A stretch of DNA of 64,000 nucleotides from an uncultured Methanomicrobiaceae archaeon (GTDB taxonomy: Archaea; Halobacteriota; Methanomicrobia; Methanomicrobiales; Methanoculleaceae), in assembly GCA_963826525.1 (NCBI GenBank), contig CAWGXH010000003.1:1-64000 (forward strand). Direction: 5' to 3'. The stretch's first letter is position 1. Each line of letters begins with the position of its first letter. The translations under genes were made by a program, and so were the position numbers. The notes beneath the pieces were generated by a model. It was not told where the DNA came from and made no database searches. It saw nothing but the letters and a program-made list of their open reading frames with translations. This document shows positions 29,784 through 40,330 of the stretch, one piece after another.

Positions 29784-31118
29784 CTAGGTCTTCCACTCCT
29801 TCTCCAGGTACCCGGCGAGTTCGGCCGCGTCCCGTGGGCCTACCAGCACCTTCCAGCCGGTTTCGTCCTCGATCTTCCCGGAGAGGGGGGCGGCATAGCC
29901 CGGGATGATCAGCCGCCGGTGGTCTACCTTTTCTTCGAGGCCGAACCGCTTGATGGACGCCGCCACCAGGGATTCGGTCAGTTTCCCGCCGGCGACTGCG
30001 GTGAGCACCGAGAGCCCTTCGGTGTCCACCACGAAGAGGTGGCAGGGGATGCGGGACGCCTCCAGGTAGCCGAGCAGGGTGAAGTAGGTGAGCGAGAAGT
30101 TCACCGAGAGGAGCACGGGAGCATCGCGCCCGGGTTCGTTGACCGGGTAGATGCCCGGCGTCATCTGGATGGGTTTCTGCGGGTCGGTGTAGATGTTCTG
30201 CCGCAGGGTGAGTGCCGCCTCCATGGAGGCGGGCGAAAGCGGCTCGGTGACGATGATCCCGGCGTACTTCAGGATGCCTGCTGCAAGGGCGGCGTCGGTG
30301 AGGCCGAGCGGTACGGTGTCGAAGACGATCGGGTAGCCGAGATCGGGGTCGGTCCGCTCGATCGCGGCCTTTCTGATCCGGGTCGCGGTGGCGATGAAGT
30401 CGCGGAGCGATCCCGGTGCGATATCCAGCATGAGGTCCGGGACGCCGGCATCGACACAGTTCCTGACAAGGCTGGCGAGCGACTTTGCGTCGCCGGCCCG
30501 TACCGCCAGCGGGCAGCCGTGGCGCTTCGCAAGCGCCGCACATTCGCGCCAGTTCCCGTCGGTTGCGGCATGGATGAGCGGCAGGAAGTTCCCGCACTCC
30601 GCCAGTGCCGCCTCGTGGGCTGCCGGGTCGGCGGCGATCAGAACCTCGGGCAGATCGCCGCAGGCCTCGACCAGCGCCACGGTCTCTGCAAACCGCGTCG
30701 GAGATCCGCTCTCGTTGCGGATGGCAATACCGTTGAGCATCAGGTCCGTCCCTACCCGGTGGACAATCCCGTCACGGACATCCTCCGCGACGGTCCGCAC
30801 CTGCTCTTCGGGCCAGGTATCGGAGATATGCACCATGATCCCCGGCGGGTGGTAGAAGGTCTTTTCATGCCGGAAAAGGACGAACTCCTCCCCGACAGCG
30901 ACCGATCGTTCCCCGACGCCGACCTTCACGAGCCGGATTGGGGGACGGGTCGCACCGCCGAGGAGCGCTTTGGTCTCGGGATCGAGGTCCGGACACAGCT
31001 CAACGTCCACCTTGCCGGCTGCAAGCTTCATGGCAAAGGCAAGGCAGGTGGGATAGCCGCACTTCTTGCAGTTCGTCTTCGGGAGGAGTTTGTAGATCTC
31101 CAGCGCCTTCATCGCCAT
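29784..31118 (-). CDS. acsC: Corrinoid Fe-S protein large subunit (AcsC/CdhE)
   Basis: LPKTNCKKCGYPTCLAFA...CP, LFRHEKTF, RQNIYTDPQKP, NFSLTYF, IIPG...GWKVLVGPRDA. Confidence 0.95.
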   Translation of the reverse strand: MAMKALEIYKLLPKTNCKKCGYPTCLAFAMKLAAGKVDVELCPDLDPETKALLGGATRPPIRLVKVGVGERSVAVGEEFVLFRHEKTFYHPPGIMVHISDTWPEEQVRTVAEDVRDGIVHRVGTDLMLNGIAIRNESGSPTRFAETVALVEACGDLPEVLIAADPAAHEAALAECGNFLPLIHAATDGNWRECAALAKRHGCPLAVRAGDAKSLASLVRNCVDAGVPDLMLDIAPGSLRDFIATATRIRKAAIERTDPDLGYPIVFDTVPLGLTDAALAAGILKYAGIIVTEPLSPASMEAALTLRQNIYTDPQKPIQMTPGIYPVNEPGRDAPVLLSVNFSLTYFTLLGYLEASRIPCHLFVVDTEGLSVLTAVAGGKLTESLVAASIKRFGLEEKVDHRRLIIPGYAAPLSGKIEDETGWKVLVGPRDAAELAGYLEKEWKT

Positions 31119-31120
31119 GG

Positions 31121-32060
31121 TTACACCCCCTCCCGGCCGGAGGCCGGCTTCATCGCCTCAAGTGCGCTCTTGAGACGTGCCACGGTCATCGGGTGCCGGA
31201 CGCAGACGATCGAGGCGCCTGCCGCCAGCGCAGAAAAGGCGGTGTAGAACTCCCAGGCAACCGCCATCGCGTCCCTCTCGCCGGCCGCCGCCTCTCTCAC
31301 CTCCCTGACCGCAAGCGCATCGGTGGCGGCGCTGATCATCGGCATGGCGAGATCGGCATCTCCGGCGAGCCCGGCCGTCCTGACCCGCTCCATCACCGAG
31401 TACCAGGTACTCGAACCCGTACCCGAGCGCTCCCGTATAGGGATCGATCACGATCCGGTCCCGCGCAACACCGGTCTCCTGCAGAAGGATGTTCAGCTGC
31501 TTTGCCAGGTTGATGTCGATGGGGGACTGGGCGATCACCGCATGGCCGTAGGCGAGCGCCGCGGCGGCGACGCTCCGGTAGCGGTCGGCTTCCGCGGTCC
31601 CGAGCAGAAGCCGTTCGCCCTCTCCGGCCTCGCCGCACCGCCTGAAGACCTCGCTGTCGAGCTCCGGTTCGCTGCTCCCCTCTACGATGAGGGGACGGGA
31701 TGTTGCCTCAAGCACCCGTTCCATCGTCCCGGTGATGGCTGAAAAATCGTCGAAACCGCGTCGCTTCGTGCTGGTGAAGTTCAGCCGCACCAGATCCGCA
31801 CCCCAGGTGCGCTCCGCCGTCTTCGCCCATTCGTCCGGCTGATCCGCGAGATCCCCCACGTAGTCGCGGATAACCGGCGGCCAGAACTGGGGCTCGTCGC
31901 AGATTTCAAGCGCGACGAGCAGCCGGTCGGGCCCGGCCTCCGTGAAGGGGAGAGCGCTCTCTCCGCCGATCCGGTAGGAGACCTCCCGCGTTCCCCCTTC
32001 GCTCCGGGTGGCGCCGAGCTGCACGTCGAGTATTGTATCCTCTTTCTCTGTCAATTGCAT
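31121..32060 (-). CDS. acsD: Corrinoid Fe-S protein small subunit (AcsD/CdhD), frameshift near 31402
   Basis: LGATRSEGGTR...IGGESALPF, SPIDINLAKQLN, DPYTGALGYGFEY / SVMERVRTAGLAGD...WE...RHP. Confidence 0.92.
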
Positions 32061-32068
32061 CTCCGTCC

Positions 32069-34100
32069 TCAAATAAGGGGTTTCATCTTCAGGTACCGGA
32101 TGGTCGACCCGCTCAAGGAACGCAATCAGGTCTTCAAGCGTCGGTGCGGTCGTCTCGTCCGCGATCTTCTCCAGAAGATCCGGCATGCCGAGCCCCTCCA
32201 GTCTCGCACGCAGCCGATCCCGCAGCTCCTCCTTGAGGGTCGCCGGCATCCAGACGACCCGTTCGATGCCGTTCTCCGCCTGGAGGAACCGGTCGCTGAC
32301 GATATAGTTCTTGGATACTCCGACGAACCCCGGGGTCTGCGCTCCGCCCCCGATAGTGCCGGCAAGGGTGGAGAAGGTCATCCCGAGCGGGGTCTCGCCG
32401 CCGAAGTCCCGGGTGACGATCAGGATACCGCTCGTCTCCGGGACGATGGCCGCGATGCACTCAAAGCATCCGCAGGCGGTCATCGGGTTCTCCAGCATGC
32501 TGTACAGGGAGACCCTGTCCGTCTCGCCGTGAGACGCCTTCTTCACGAACCGGTTCACGCCCGAGAACTCTCCGAGCACCGAATCGATCGCCTCGCCTTT
32601 CCGGACGGGCTGGTTTGCCCCGGCCGGGGTGATCTCGTATGCGATGCGGGCATCGAGCCAGGTGATGGCGCCGCAGAGCGCAGGGCGTTCGGGGGTGATG
32701 ATGCAGACGTGGTTTGGGGCGAACGTCTGGCAGAGGGTGCAGGAGTAGAAGGTCTCCACGTCCTCGTCCTTCATGCCGGCGATCCGCTCGTCCCGTTCGG
32801 CGTACAGTGCACGGGCCTCCGGGAGCATCTCCCTGACCTTTTGGCCGTCGGTGACCAGCGTCACCTGCACGGCATCGATATGGTCGGGAAACTCCATCCT
32901 GAACTTGTGGGCGAGCAGTGTTCCGAGATCGCCGATCGTCACCCCTTTGGCGACCGCATCCTTCGAGATACGCACCCAGATCAGGTCGCGCTGCGCGACA
33001 TGCCACGACCCCTCGCCGTAGTTGATGAACGTATGGATTCTCCGCTCCAGCACCGGTTCGTAGTCCTTCTTCATCCTCTGCCCTGCAACGTCCACGAGAA
33101 TGGCAAGGGGGAGGGCGGCGCCCGGGGCGACCGAGTCCACGTCCGGGCCGACGACGCTGACCGCACCGTCACGGACCTCATCCGCCGGACGCATCCGGAG
33201 GAGCTCGAATGCCGGTGTCCGTCCCCCGCCGAACTCCACGTACATCTCTTCCTTGCGGATGCTCTTCCCCTCAAAAGCGGGAGAACAGGCCATGGGGATA
33301 GGTATCGCAGTGACGGCGACCTTGATCCCTCGCATCTCCATTCCCGTCCTGACGATGTCGGCGGGAGTGGTGCGGATCCAGGTCCCTCCTTCGTAGCCGC
33401 CCGTCGTGAGGATCGGAATGCCGAGAACCTGCAGTGCCTCGACGAACGCGATCTCCTCATCCGTGAGACCGGGGAAGGCAACGACGAATGCTTTTGCCCG
33501 TTGTGCGGCGTAGACCAGCAGGCGGTCGAGATCGCCGGGCTGAACCCCGCCGAACATCATCGCGACACGGGCGATGATATCGGCAAAGTGGATTCCATCC
33601 GCCCCGTCGGGACCCAGCGGCACCAGGCGGTAATCGAGCCCCACGTGGACGCCGGCCTCGCCCAGGGTCGATACGACCCCGCCTGCGAGGAACGTGAGCA
33701 GGTACTTCTCCTGCATCTCCCTGCAGATGGCGGCCGCCGCTTCACCGCTCTCGGGCCTCCCTACGAGGAGACCGATGCCGACGACACTCCCGTCGACCAG
33801 CGAGTAGCCGAGCTTCCGCAGTACGGCATCGCCGATAAACCCCGTGTACGGCTCCCCTTTACCGCCTTCCGCGGCGCTTCGTGCCGCCATCAGGCACTCG
33901 GACGCGACGAGCGGATTCATTCCCGACCGCTCGTATGCATCCCGGGCCTCGTCTGCGGTCCGCACGGCCATGCCGGTGACGGCGTACGTAACGGGGAGGG
34001 CGTACGCAGTCCCTTCGTATGAGAACTGCCCCTCCAGCCGCTGCATGGCACTATCGAGGCTGGTATTTCCGTGCTGCACCGCCGCATCGATACTGTTCAT
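32069..34100 (-). CDS. acsB: Acetyl-CoA synthase, long bacterial-type (AcsB); +1 insertion near 32094
   Basis: N-terminal domain TAYALP...GFIGDAVLRKLG..LVDG; A-cluster motifs CTLCQTFAPNHVC...LCGA and MTACGCFEC; corrected end HPVLKMKPLI*. RBS GGAGGT and TTTATA upstream. Confidence 0.95.
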
Positions 34101-34211
34101 ATCGGTACCTCCTGTATGGTGAGATCGGAGTGCAAGGGTATAAATGGTCGCTCGCACGTCACCGCTTCCGGAGCGGTTGACGATGAGGAAGATCCGGCCG
34201 GGCGAGGATCC

Positions 34212-34808
34212 CTACGGCATCTCGCTCTGCTCCGCGGGGCAGAAGTTGCAGAGCGAGTGGGGCACGTCCTTCTCCCGGTCGCGGATGGGGCAGAGGAACC
34301 TGCCGCTCCTCTCCTCCACGGCAAACCCGCCGGGAAACGGCATCCCGACCGGGTGGCCGGGCCGGTCGAGGACGAACATCTCGAACGCCGCGACGAGATA
34401 GTAGAAGAAGCGGTGACGGGGCTCATAGTTGTCCGCCCGGGTATCGTCCCAGCGAAAGCACCCTTCCGGCACCATGGCGAAGTATGCAAAAGCCTGCTCC
34501 CGATCGGCGATCGGCCCGGTCAGGGCAGTGAAGCGCCCGCTCCGGTGCATCGAGAGGAGACGGTGGTATGCGCCGAGGATCTGCTCGGTGAAATACGGGC
34601 GCACCGCCTCGCGGTAAGGCGAGGGGAGATCGCGCACCTCACGGTAGAGCCGTCCGCCGATCACCTGGAGGTCGGCGAGCGTATACCGCTCCGCCTCTCG
34701 TGCAAGCAGCGTGCCGAGCTCCCCTTTCGTCCGTGCGGCTGCGAGGGAGCTGCAGACCTCCTCGATATGCAGCCGTTCGGGGTCTGCAGCCGGTCTATCG
34801 TGGTGCAT
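34212..34808 (-). CDS. DUF2115/UPF0305 family protein
   Basis: LPSPYRE...FVLDRPGHPVGMPFPGG...CPIRDREKDVPHSLCNFCPAEQ. Confidence 0.85.
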   Translation of the reverse strand: MHHDRPAADPERLHIEEVCSSLAAARTKGELGTLLAREAERYTLADLQVIGGRLYREVRDLPSPYREAVRPYFTEQILGAYHRLLSMHRSGRFTALTGPIADREQAFAYFAMVPEGCFRWDDTRADNYEPRHRFFYYLVAAFEMFVLDRPGHPVGMPFPGGFAVEERSGRFLCPIRDREKDVPHSLCNFCPAEQSEMP

Positions 34809-34868
34809 GGTGTTTGATCTTCCGGGTACGCCGGGAGGGGTAAAAAATTTCACTCCTCCGGGTCTTTC

Positions 34869-35924
34869 TCAGAGCCACCGTCTCCGCCAGAACCAGATCA
34901 GCATCGCGACTGCGATGGTCGCCATCCCGGCGAGCGCCGCCGGGTATGCCCAGTGGTAGCCGAGCTCGGGCATATACCGGAAGTTCATCCCGTAGACCCC
35001 GGCGACGAAGGTGAGCGGGATGAAGATCGTCGCGATGACGGTCAGGACTTTCATCACTTCGCTCATCCGCCGGCTCTGCTCGGAGAGGTAGAGGTCGAGG
35101 ATGCCGGCGGCCGTGTCACGGTAGGTCTCCACCGTCTCCGCCACCTGGACGGTATGGTCGTAGACGTCCCGGAGGTATACCCGCGTCGTCTTCCGGATAA
35201 GGGGCGACTCCCCGCGTTCGAGGGCGCTCACCACCTCCCGGAGCGGCCAGACCGAGCGCCGGAGTTCGATCAGTTCCCGTTTTGCAGCATAGATCGCCTG
35301 GAGGGTTCCTCCGTCCGCAGACGCGAGCACCTCCTCTTCGATCCCCTCGAATGCGTCTCCGTACTCCTCGAGCACCTGGAAGTAGCCGTCGACCACGGCG
35401 TCGAGCAGGGCGTAGGTGAGGTAATCCGCTCCCTCTTTCCTGATACGGCCCCGGCCGGACCGGAGCCGCTCCCGTATCGGATCGAAGACGTCTCCTGCCC
35501 GCTCCTGAAACGAAACGACGAATGAAGGCCCGAGGACCAGGCTGACCTGCTCGCTCCGGACGGCGCCCTCCTCATAGGACAGCATCTTCGTGACGACGTA
35601 GATGTAGTCTTCGTACTCCTCCGTCTTCGGCCGCTGCCGCGTGTTGACGATATCCTCCTCCGTCAGCGGGTGGAGGCCAGCACGATCCCCGATCGCCTTG
35701 ATAAGCCCGGTCTCGTAGAGGCCGTTCACGTTCACCCAGGTTATAGACCTGCCCCGAAGGTCGGGGAGGCTCTCCGGGGCGACGGCGCACTGCTCGTCGT
35801 AGTGCTGCTCGTCGTAGGTGATCACCGATATCGTGACGGGTTCGTCCTGCCGCTCGCCGATATGGACCAGCGTTCCCGGCGGGAGCCCCTGTTTCGATGC
35901 CCCTCGGGGCGGATCGGACGTCAT
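34869..35924 (-). CDS. corA: Magnesium/cobalt transporter CorA
   Basis: GLPPGTLVHIG, LHPLTEEDI...QRPK, IFIPLTFVAGVYGMNF..MPEL. Confidence 0.96.
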   Translation of the reverse strand: MTSDPPRGASKQGLPPGTLVHIGERQDEPVTISVITYDEQHYDEQCAVAPESLPDLRGRSITWVNVNGLYETGLIKAIGDRAGLHPLTEEDIVNTRQRPKTEEYEDYIYVVTKMLSYEEGAVRSEQVSLVLGPSFVVSFQERAGDVFDPIRERLRSGRGRIRKEGADYLTYALLDAVVDGYFQVLEEYGDAFEGIEEEVLASADGGTLQAIYAAKRELIELRRSVWPLREVVSALERGESPLIRKTTRVYLRDVYDHTVQVAETVETYRDTAAGILDLYLSEQSRRMSEVMKVLTVIATIFIPLTFVAGVYGMNFRYMPELGYHWAYPAALAGMATIAVAMLIWFWRRRWL

Positions 35925-36904
35925 GACGCTCCCTCGAAGGGTCCTCCCTCGTAGACGATGACATTCTCGGTGGCGATGGCGATGGAACCGGCCTCTTCGA
36001 CCGCTTCCAGCAGTCTTCGCGAGAGTTCATCCTTCAGAATCCTGCGTGTCCGCACCTCGGTCACGTACCTGATATCGAAGGTGATCCAGTTGTCGGTGAG
36101 CGTCAGGTAGATCGAGGGTTCGACGACCTTCTTCGGGAAGTAGTACTTCTCGCCGATCCGGGCGATCTCATACTCCGCACGGTCGGTGAGCTCCCGTGTC
36201 TCCTCCCTGACGATCTCGAGGAAGAGTTCGGCTGCCCGTCTCCAGTCCGAGTCGTAGGTGATGGGGATCGAGATCTCGTCCCAGATAAAGGAGTGGTCTT
36301 TGGTGAAGTTGAAGGTCTTGGAACCGAGGATGGCACCGTTCGGCACCGTCGTGATACGTCCTGTCGGCTGGTCGCCCTGTACGCCCCGCTCGTGGATCTC
36401 GAGGAGGGTGGTGTTCAAAATCCCGATATCGATGACGTCTCCAAGCGTCTCCTCAAGCTCGATCCGGTCGCCGACGGTGTAGATCCGGGAGACGAAGATC
36501 TGGATGCCGCCGACGAAGTTCTTGAAGAGGTCCTGGAGCGCGATGGCGATGCCGGCACCGATGATGCCATAGGCGACGAAGATGTAGTTCGTGTCGATCC
36601 AGATCCGGACGGCGATGACGGCGATGACGATATAGTAGAGCACTGAAAAAGTGCGTTTGAACGAGTAGCGTGTCTTCGGCTCCCGTATCTGCCGGAGCGC
36701 GATCCAGCGGATGACGAGAAAGACGAGGTAGATGATCGTTACGGCAAGGAAGGTGAGGTAGAGTTTTTCAAGGGAGATATCGGGGAAGATCCGATCCGCC
36801 AGCCAGAACGATACCGTCAGGCCCGCAAGGAGCGCGAAGCTGACCAGCACCCGTGCGGTATCCCGCATACCCTCGTTTTGCTGCTTCTGGTCTTCGCCGT
36901 CCAT
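35921..36904 (-). CDS. Small-conductance mechanosensitive channel (MscS family)
   Basis: GIIGAGIAIALQD..KNFVGG, VGDRIE...GDVIDIGIL.T, VPN. Confidence 0.92.
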   Translation of the reverse strand: MDGEDQKQQNEGMRDTARVLVSFALLAGLTVSFWLADRIFPDISLEKLYLTFLAVTIIYLVFLVIRWIALRQIREPKTRYSFKRTFSVLYYIVIAVIAVRIWIDTNYIFVAYGIIGAGIAIALQDLFKNFVGGIQIFVSRIYTVGDRIELEETLGDVIDIGILNTTLLEIHERGVQGDQPTGRITTVPNGAILGSKTFNFTKDHSFIWDEISIPITYDSDWRRAAELFLEIVREETRELTDRAEYEIARIGEKYYFPKKVVEPSIYLTLTDNWITFDIRYVTEVRTRRILKDELSRRLLEAVEEAGSIAIATENVIVYEGGPFEGAS

Positions 36905-36920
36905 AATCTCGACCTCTCCG

Positions 36921-37154
36921 TCACATAATCTCTTTCGCCCGGGCAGCGATGCGCCCTATCCAGAGTGTCGCGAGGACGGCGATGACCGTCACGACGACCG
37001 CGTAGACGAGCATTGCCGGGATGGTGGTCTGCGGCCCGAAGTACTCCTTGAATAGTGCCTGGATAGCCGAGTTCCATGCGAGTGCCGCGACCAGCCCGAA
37101 GGCAGCGGTGATGAGTGCGGCCATTTTGTCGATAACATCCGTGGTGGGCGGCAT
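36921..37154 (-). CDS. Small membrane protein (DUF5654-like), paralog 2
   Basis: LITAAFGLVAALAWNSAIQALF...YAVVVTVIAVLATLWI. Confidence 0.85.
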   Translation of the reverse strand: MPPTTDVIDKMAALITAAFGLVAALAWNSAIQALFKEYFGPQTTIPAMLVYAVVVTVIAVLATLWIGRIAARAKEIM

Positions 37155-37371
37155 CGGAGACTCTCTGATATTCGGATAGGAACTCCGGCATCATATACTT
37201 ATAGCCCTCTGCGTGCACCGATCGGTGCACCGGGCTGCCGGGAGCGGCCGGTGAAAAGAGATGGTGATCGCGGGGATGGCGAGGATGCCTGGAGACCCGT
37301 CCCGGGATTGAGAGCAGATCCGGAAAAGGCTCTCTGATCGAAGGTATTCTCACTCATCGTGTCGGCAGAAC

Positions 37372-37442
37372 GATCGCGGGCACGGCCTGTAGAGGATAAC
37401 CGCATCGGTAAGAGAGTGCGGGAGGGGGCTCGCCCCCTCCTG
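37372..37442 (+). repeat. Dispersed REP-like element, copy 2
   Basis: GATCGCGGGCACGGCCTGTA...GTGCGGGAGGGGGCTCGCCCCCTCCTG. Confidence 0.85.
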
Positions 37443-37472
37443 GAAGAGTGTTTCGGGGCAGCCCCCGGTGCT

Positions 37473-37739
37473 TTAGGCCTTTCCCTTCTCGGCCATCCGC
37501 TGCTCTCCCTGTGCCCGGGCGGCTACCCGCCCGATCCAGATAGTCGCAATGACGGCGATGATCGTGACGAGAATCGCGTACCCGAGCAATGCCGGAATGG
37601 CGCTCTGCGTCCCGAATATCGCCGTAAATATCGCCTGAATCGCCCCGTTCCATGCAAGTGCGGCGACCAGCCCGAAGGCCACCGTGATGAGTTCGGCTAC
37701 CTTATCGATAATTTCTGCCTGTAGTGCCAAAGAGGACAC
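37473..37739 (-). CDS. Small membrane protein (DUF5654-like), paralog 1
   Basis: LITVAFGLVAALAWNGAIQAIF...YAILVTIIAVIATIWI; GTG start with GGAG upstream. Confidence 0.85.
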   Translation of the reverse strand: MSSLALQAEIIDKVAELITVAFGLVAALAWNGAIQAIFTAIFGTQSAIPALLGYAILVTIIAVIATIWIGRVAARAQGEQRMAEKGKA

Positions 37740-37841
37740 CTCCGGGTGAGCGATACGGTGCTCCCCTCCTTAAATGTTTGCTACACTTTCGGGACGTCCG
37801 GTATACCCATAACTAACAAGCCCTCCAACGTCGAAGTATAA

Positions 37842-39855
37842 ATGATGGATACCCTCGACGACTGGTTCCCGTACAGCAGTTACCGCCCCCACCAGCGGGA
37901 GATGCTCGAGCTTGCAGCATCCTCTGCGAGGGAGGGGGGGATCGCGATGATCGACGCCCCCACCGGCAGCGGTAAATCGAGTGTCGTCTCGGCGCTGCTT
38001 GCCGAGAGCCGGGGGAGGAAGGTGATCATCGGCGTGCGCACCATCAGTCAGCTCAACACGTTCATGCGGGAGCTCTGCGATGATCCGCAAGAAGCGGGGG
38101 GCTCTCAAATTCGCGTATCTCATCGGGAAGGGGAGCATGTGCCCTCTTCGCGGGGAGGGAGACATCTACCGGCGGTGCGAGGGGGTGAAGGCGTTCTCGA
38201 CCGCCCTGATGCGGGAGCGGGCGCAGAAAGGCTCGCTCATACCGGCGAACGACCGGCAGATCCGCCAGCAGATCCGGAAGATGGACATCGATCACCCGCT
38301 CATCTGCCCCTACTACGTCCACGCGAAGTCCTACGTCGAGCCCGAGGATGCGGGGCTGAAGATGATCCCCTCGGCGGCGCTCCGCGTCCGTGCCGAACGC
38401 GTGCGAAACGAACTGATCCTCCCCGACCAGCTCGTCAAGTTCTGCGGCGATATCTGCCCGTACGAGACGATGCTGCACGCCGCACGGGAAGCGGACGTCA
38501 TCGTCGTGAACTTTCACCACCTCTTCAACGATGCCATCCGGGAGCAGCTCTACCAGTCGCTCGATATCGACGGCGGCGGTGCCCTTCTCCTGATCGACGA
38601 GGCGCACAACTGCGGGGAGGTCGTCCAGAGCATCGAGAGCGTGGTGCTGGAGGAGCGCGATCTCGAACAGGCGGGCAGCGAACTCTCCCACCAGCGCAAG
38701 ACGAGCAAGGAAGCGGATGCAATCCAGAACCTCCTCCCGCCGGTCCGCCAGTTCATGGAGGCGCTGAAGCCGTCGCGGGAGATGGAGGACTGGTTCGCGC
38801 CCGAGATCTTCCAGAAGATGATCATGAAAGGCTCACTCTACCCGAGTATGGAGGCGATCGTCGACGACCTCCTCAAGATCAGCGAAGGTCTCCGCGAGCG
38901 GAATCTCAAGGCCGGAGAGTTTCGCGAGAGCGCCATCGAGCGGCTCTGCGAGTTCTTCTACCGGATCTTCCGCTCGGCGGCCGACCCTGCGTTCCTCACC
39001 GTCTACCGGAAGGGCGAGGACGGGAGCGTGGCGCTCGAGGTGCGCAATATCGACCCGAGCACGAAGCTGCAGGATATCGCCCAGGCGCACGCCTGCTGTA
39101 TCCTCATCTCGGGAACGCTCTCACCGGTCGAGAGCTACCGCCGCTACTACTTCGGCGACCTTCCCGTCCGGACGCTCTCGCTCCCGAACGCCTTCCCGAA
39201 GGAGAACCGGCTCATCCTCGCGGCGACCGATATCACCACCGCATACTCGATGCGCCGCGACCCGCAGAACCTCGCACGGCTCGATGAGTATATCCGAACG
39301 TTTGCGACCCTTCGGGGGAACCTCGCCATTTACTTCCCCTCGTACAATCTCCTCAACACCTTCGCGGAACGGTGCGCACGGAGCATCCGGGGAAAGCAGG
39401 TCTTCATCGAGCCGAAAGGGGCGTCGGACGCGAGTGCGGCGCTAAAAGAGTTCATGGCACTCCCCGCGCAGCATAAGTCGGGTATCCTCTTTGCGGTCAG
39501 CGGCGGGAAGTGGAGCGAAGGGCTCGATTACCGGGGGGATCTCCTCGCCGGGGCGCTTGTCATCGGCCTCCCCCTCGCGCCTTACAACCGGGTCAGGCAG
39601 ATGGTGATCGAGTACTTCCGGATGAAGTTCGGCGAGGAGGGGGAATTTATCAGTTATACCCTGCCGGCGATCAACCGTGCCCTCCAGGCGCTCGGGCGCG
39701 TGCTCCGGACACCGGAAGACCGGGGCGTGCTGGTGCTCGGGGAGAAGCGGTTCCTCGAGCCCCGGGTGAAGGGCGGCCTCCCCCCCTGGATGCAGGCGGA
39801 GATGGTGGAATGCGGTGTCGAAGGGTTCAAAAAGGCGGTTCCTGCATGGAGATAA
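37842..39855 (+). CDS. XPD/Rad3/DinG-family Fe-S DNA helicase (frameshift near 38078)
   Basis: FPYSSYRPHQ, APTGSGKS, four Fe-S Cys (MCP, RCE, CPYY, CPYE), DEAH, SGTL, SEGLD, QALGRVLR. Confidence 0.93.
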
Positions 39856-40310
39856 CGTCCGGTGCCTGCAGGCTCGGCCTCTGGTTCGTGCACGTCTCCT
39901 GGCAGGGCGATCTCGTCCACCGCGTCCGGTTCTCCCGGCAGGGTGTGGAGAGCAGCGTGCCCGAACCGCTCCGCCGCTACTGTGCCGGGCGGCAGGAAGA
40001 CCTCCTCTCCCTCGAGAGCACGGCAACCGGGGGGGATTTTGTGACGGCGCGGATTTACCGCGAGGTGCGGCGTGTTCCCTACGGCGAGACCGCGACCTAC
40101 GGGGATATTGCTGCGAAGGTCGGGACGGCTCCGCGTGTCGTCGGGATGGCCATGGCGAGGAATCCGACGCCGCTCGTCATCCCCTGCCACCGTATCGTCG
40201 CAAAAGGCGGGATCGGAGGATTTTCCCCCGAGGTCGGGATTAAGGAGCATCTCCTCTCCCTGGAACAGAGAACTGCCCGAAAAAACGGAGAGTTTAACCG
40301 CCATCTTTGA
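39846..40310 (+). CDS. ogt: Methylated-DNA--protein-cysteine methyltransferase
   Basis: VPYGETATYG, PRVVG, NP...IPCHRIV. Confidence 0.93.
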   Translation: MEITSGACRLGLWFVHVSWQGDLVHRVRFSRQGVESSVPEPLRRYCAGRQEDLLSLESTATGGDFVTARIYREVRRVPYGETATYGDIAAKVGTAPRVVGMAMARNPTPLVIPCHRIVAKGGIGGFSPEVGIKEHLLSLEQRTARKNGEFNRHL

Positions 40311-40330
40311 CAAAGTCATACGAGTAATCT

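Noticed and set aside
18189-34022. Long antisense ORFs (e.g. 18189-20324, 28215-29639, 29691-31247, 32055-34022)
   Set aside because: Shadow frames of GC-rich genes on the opposite strand; no independent motifs.
31158-34157. Apparent 999-aa AcsB-AcsD fusion
   Set aside because: Removing one C near 32094 gives the normal AcsB end HPVLKMKPLI* followed by GGAG and the AcsD ATG at 32060; consistent with the window-wide insertion errors.
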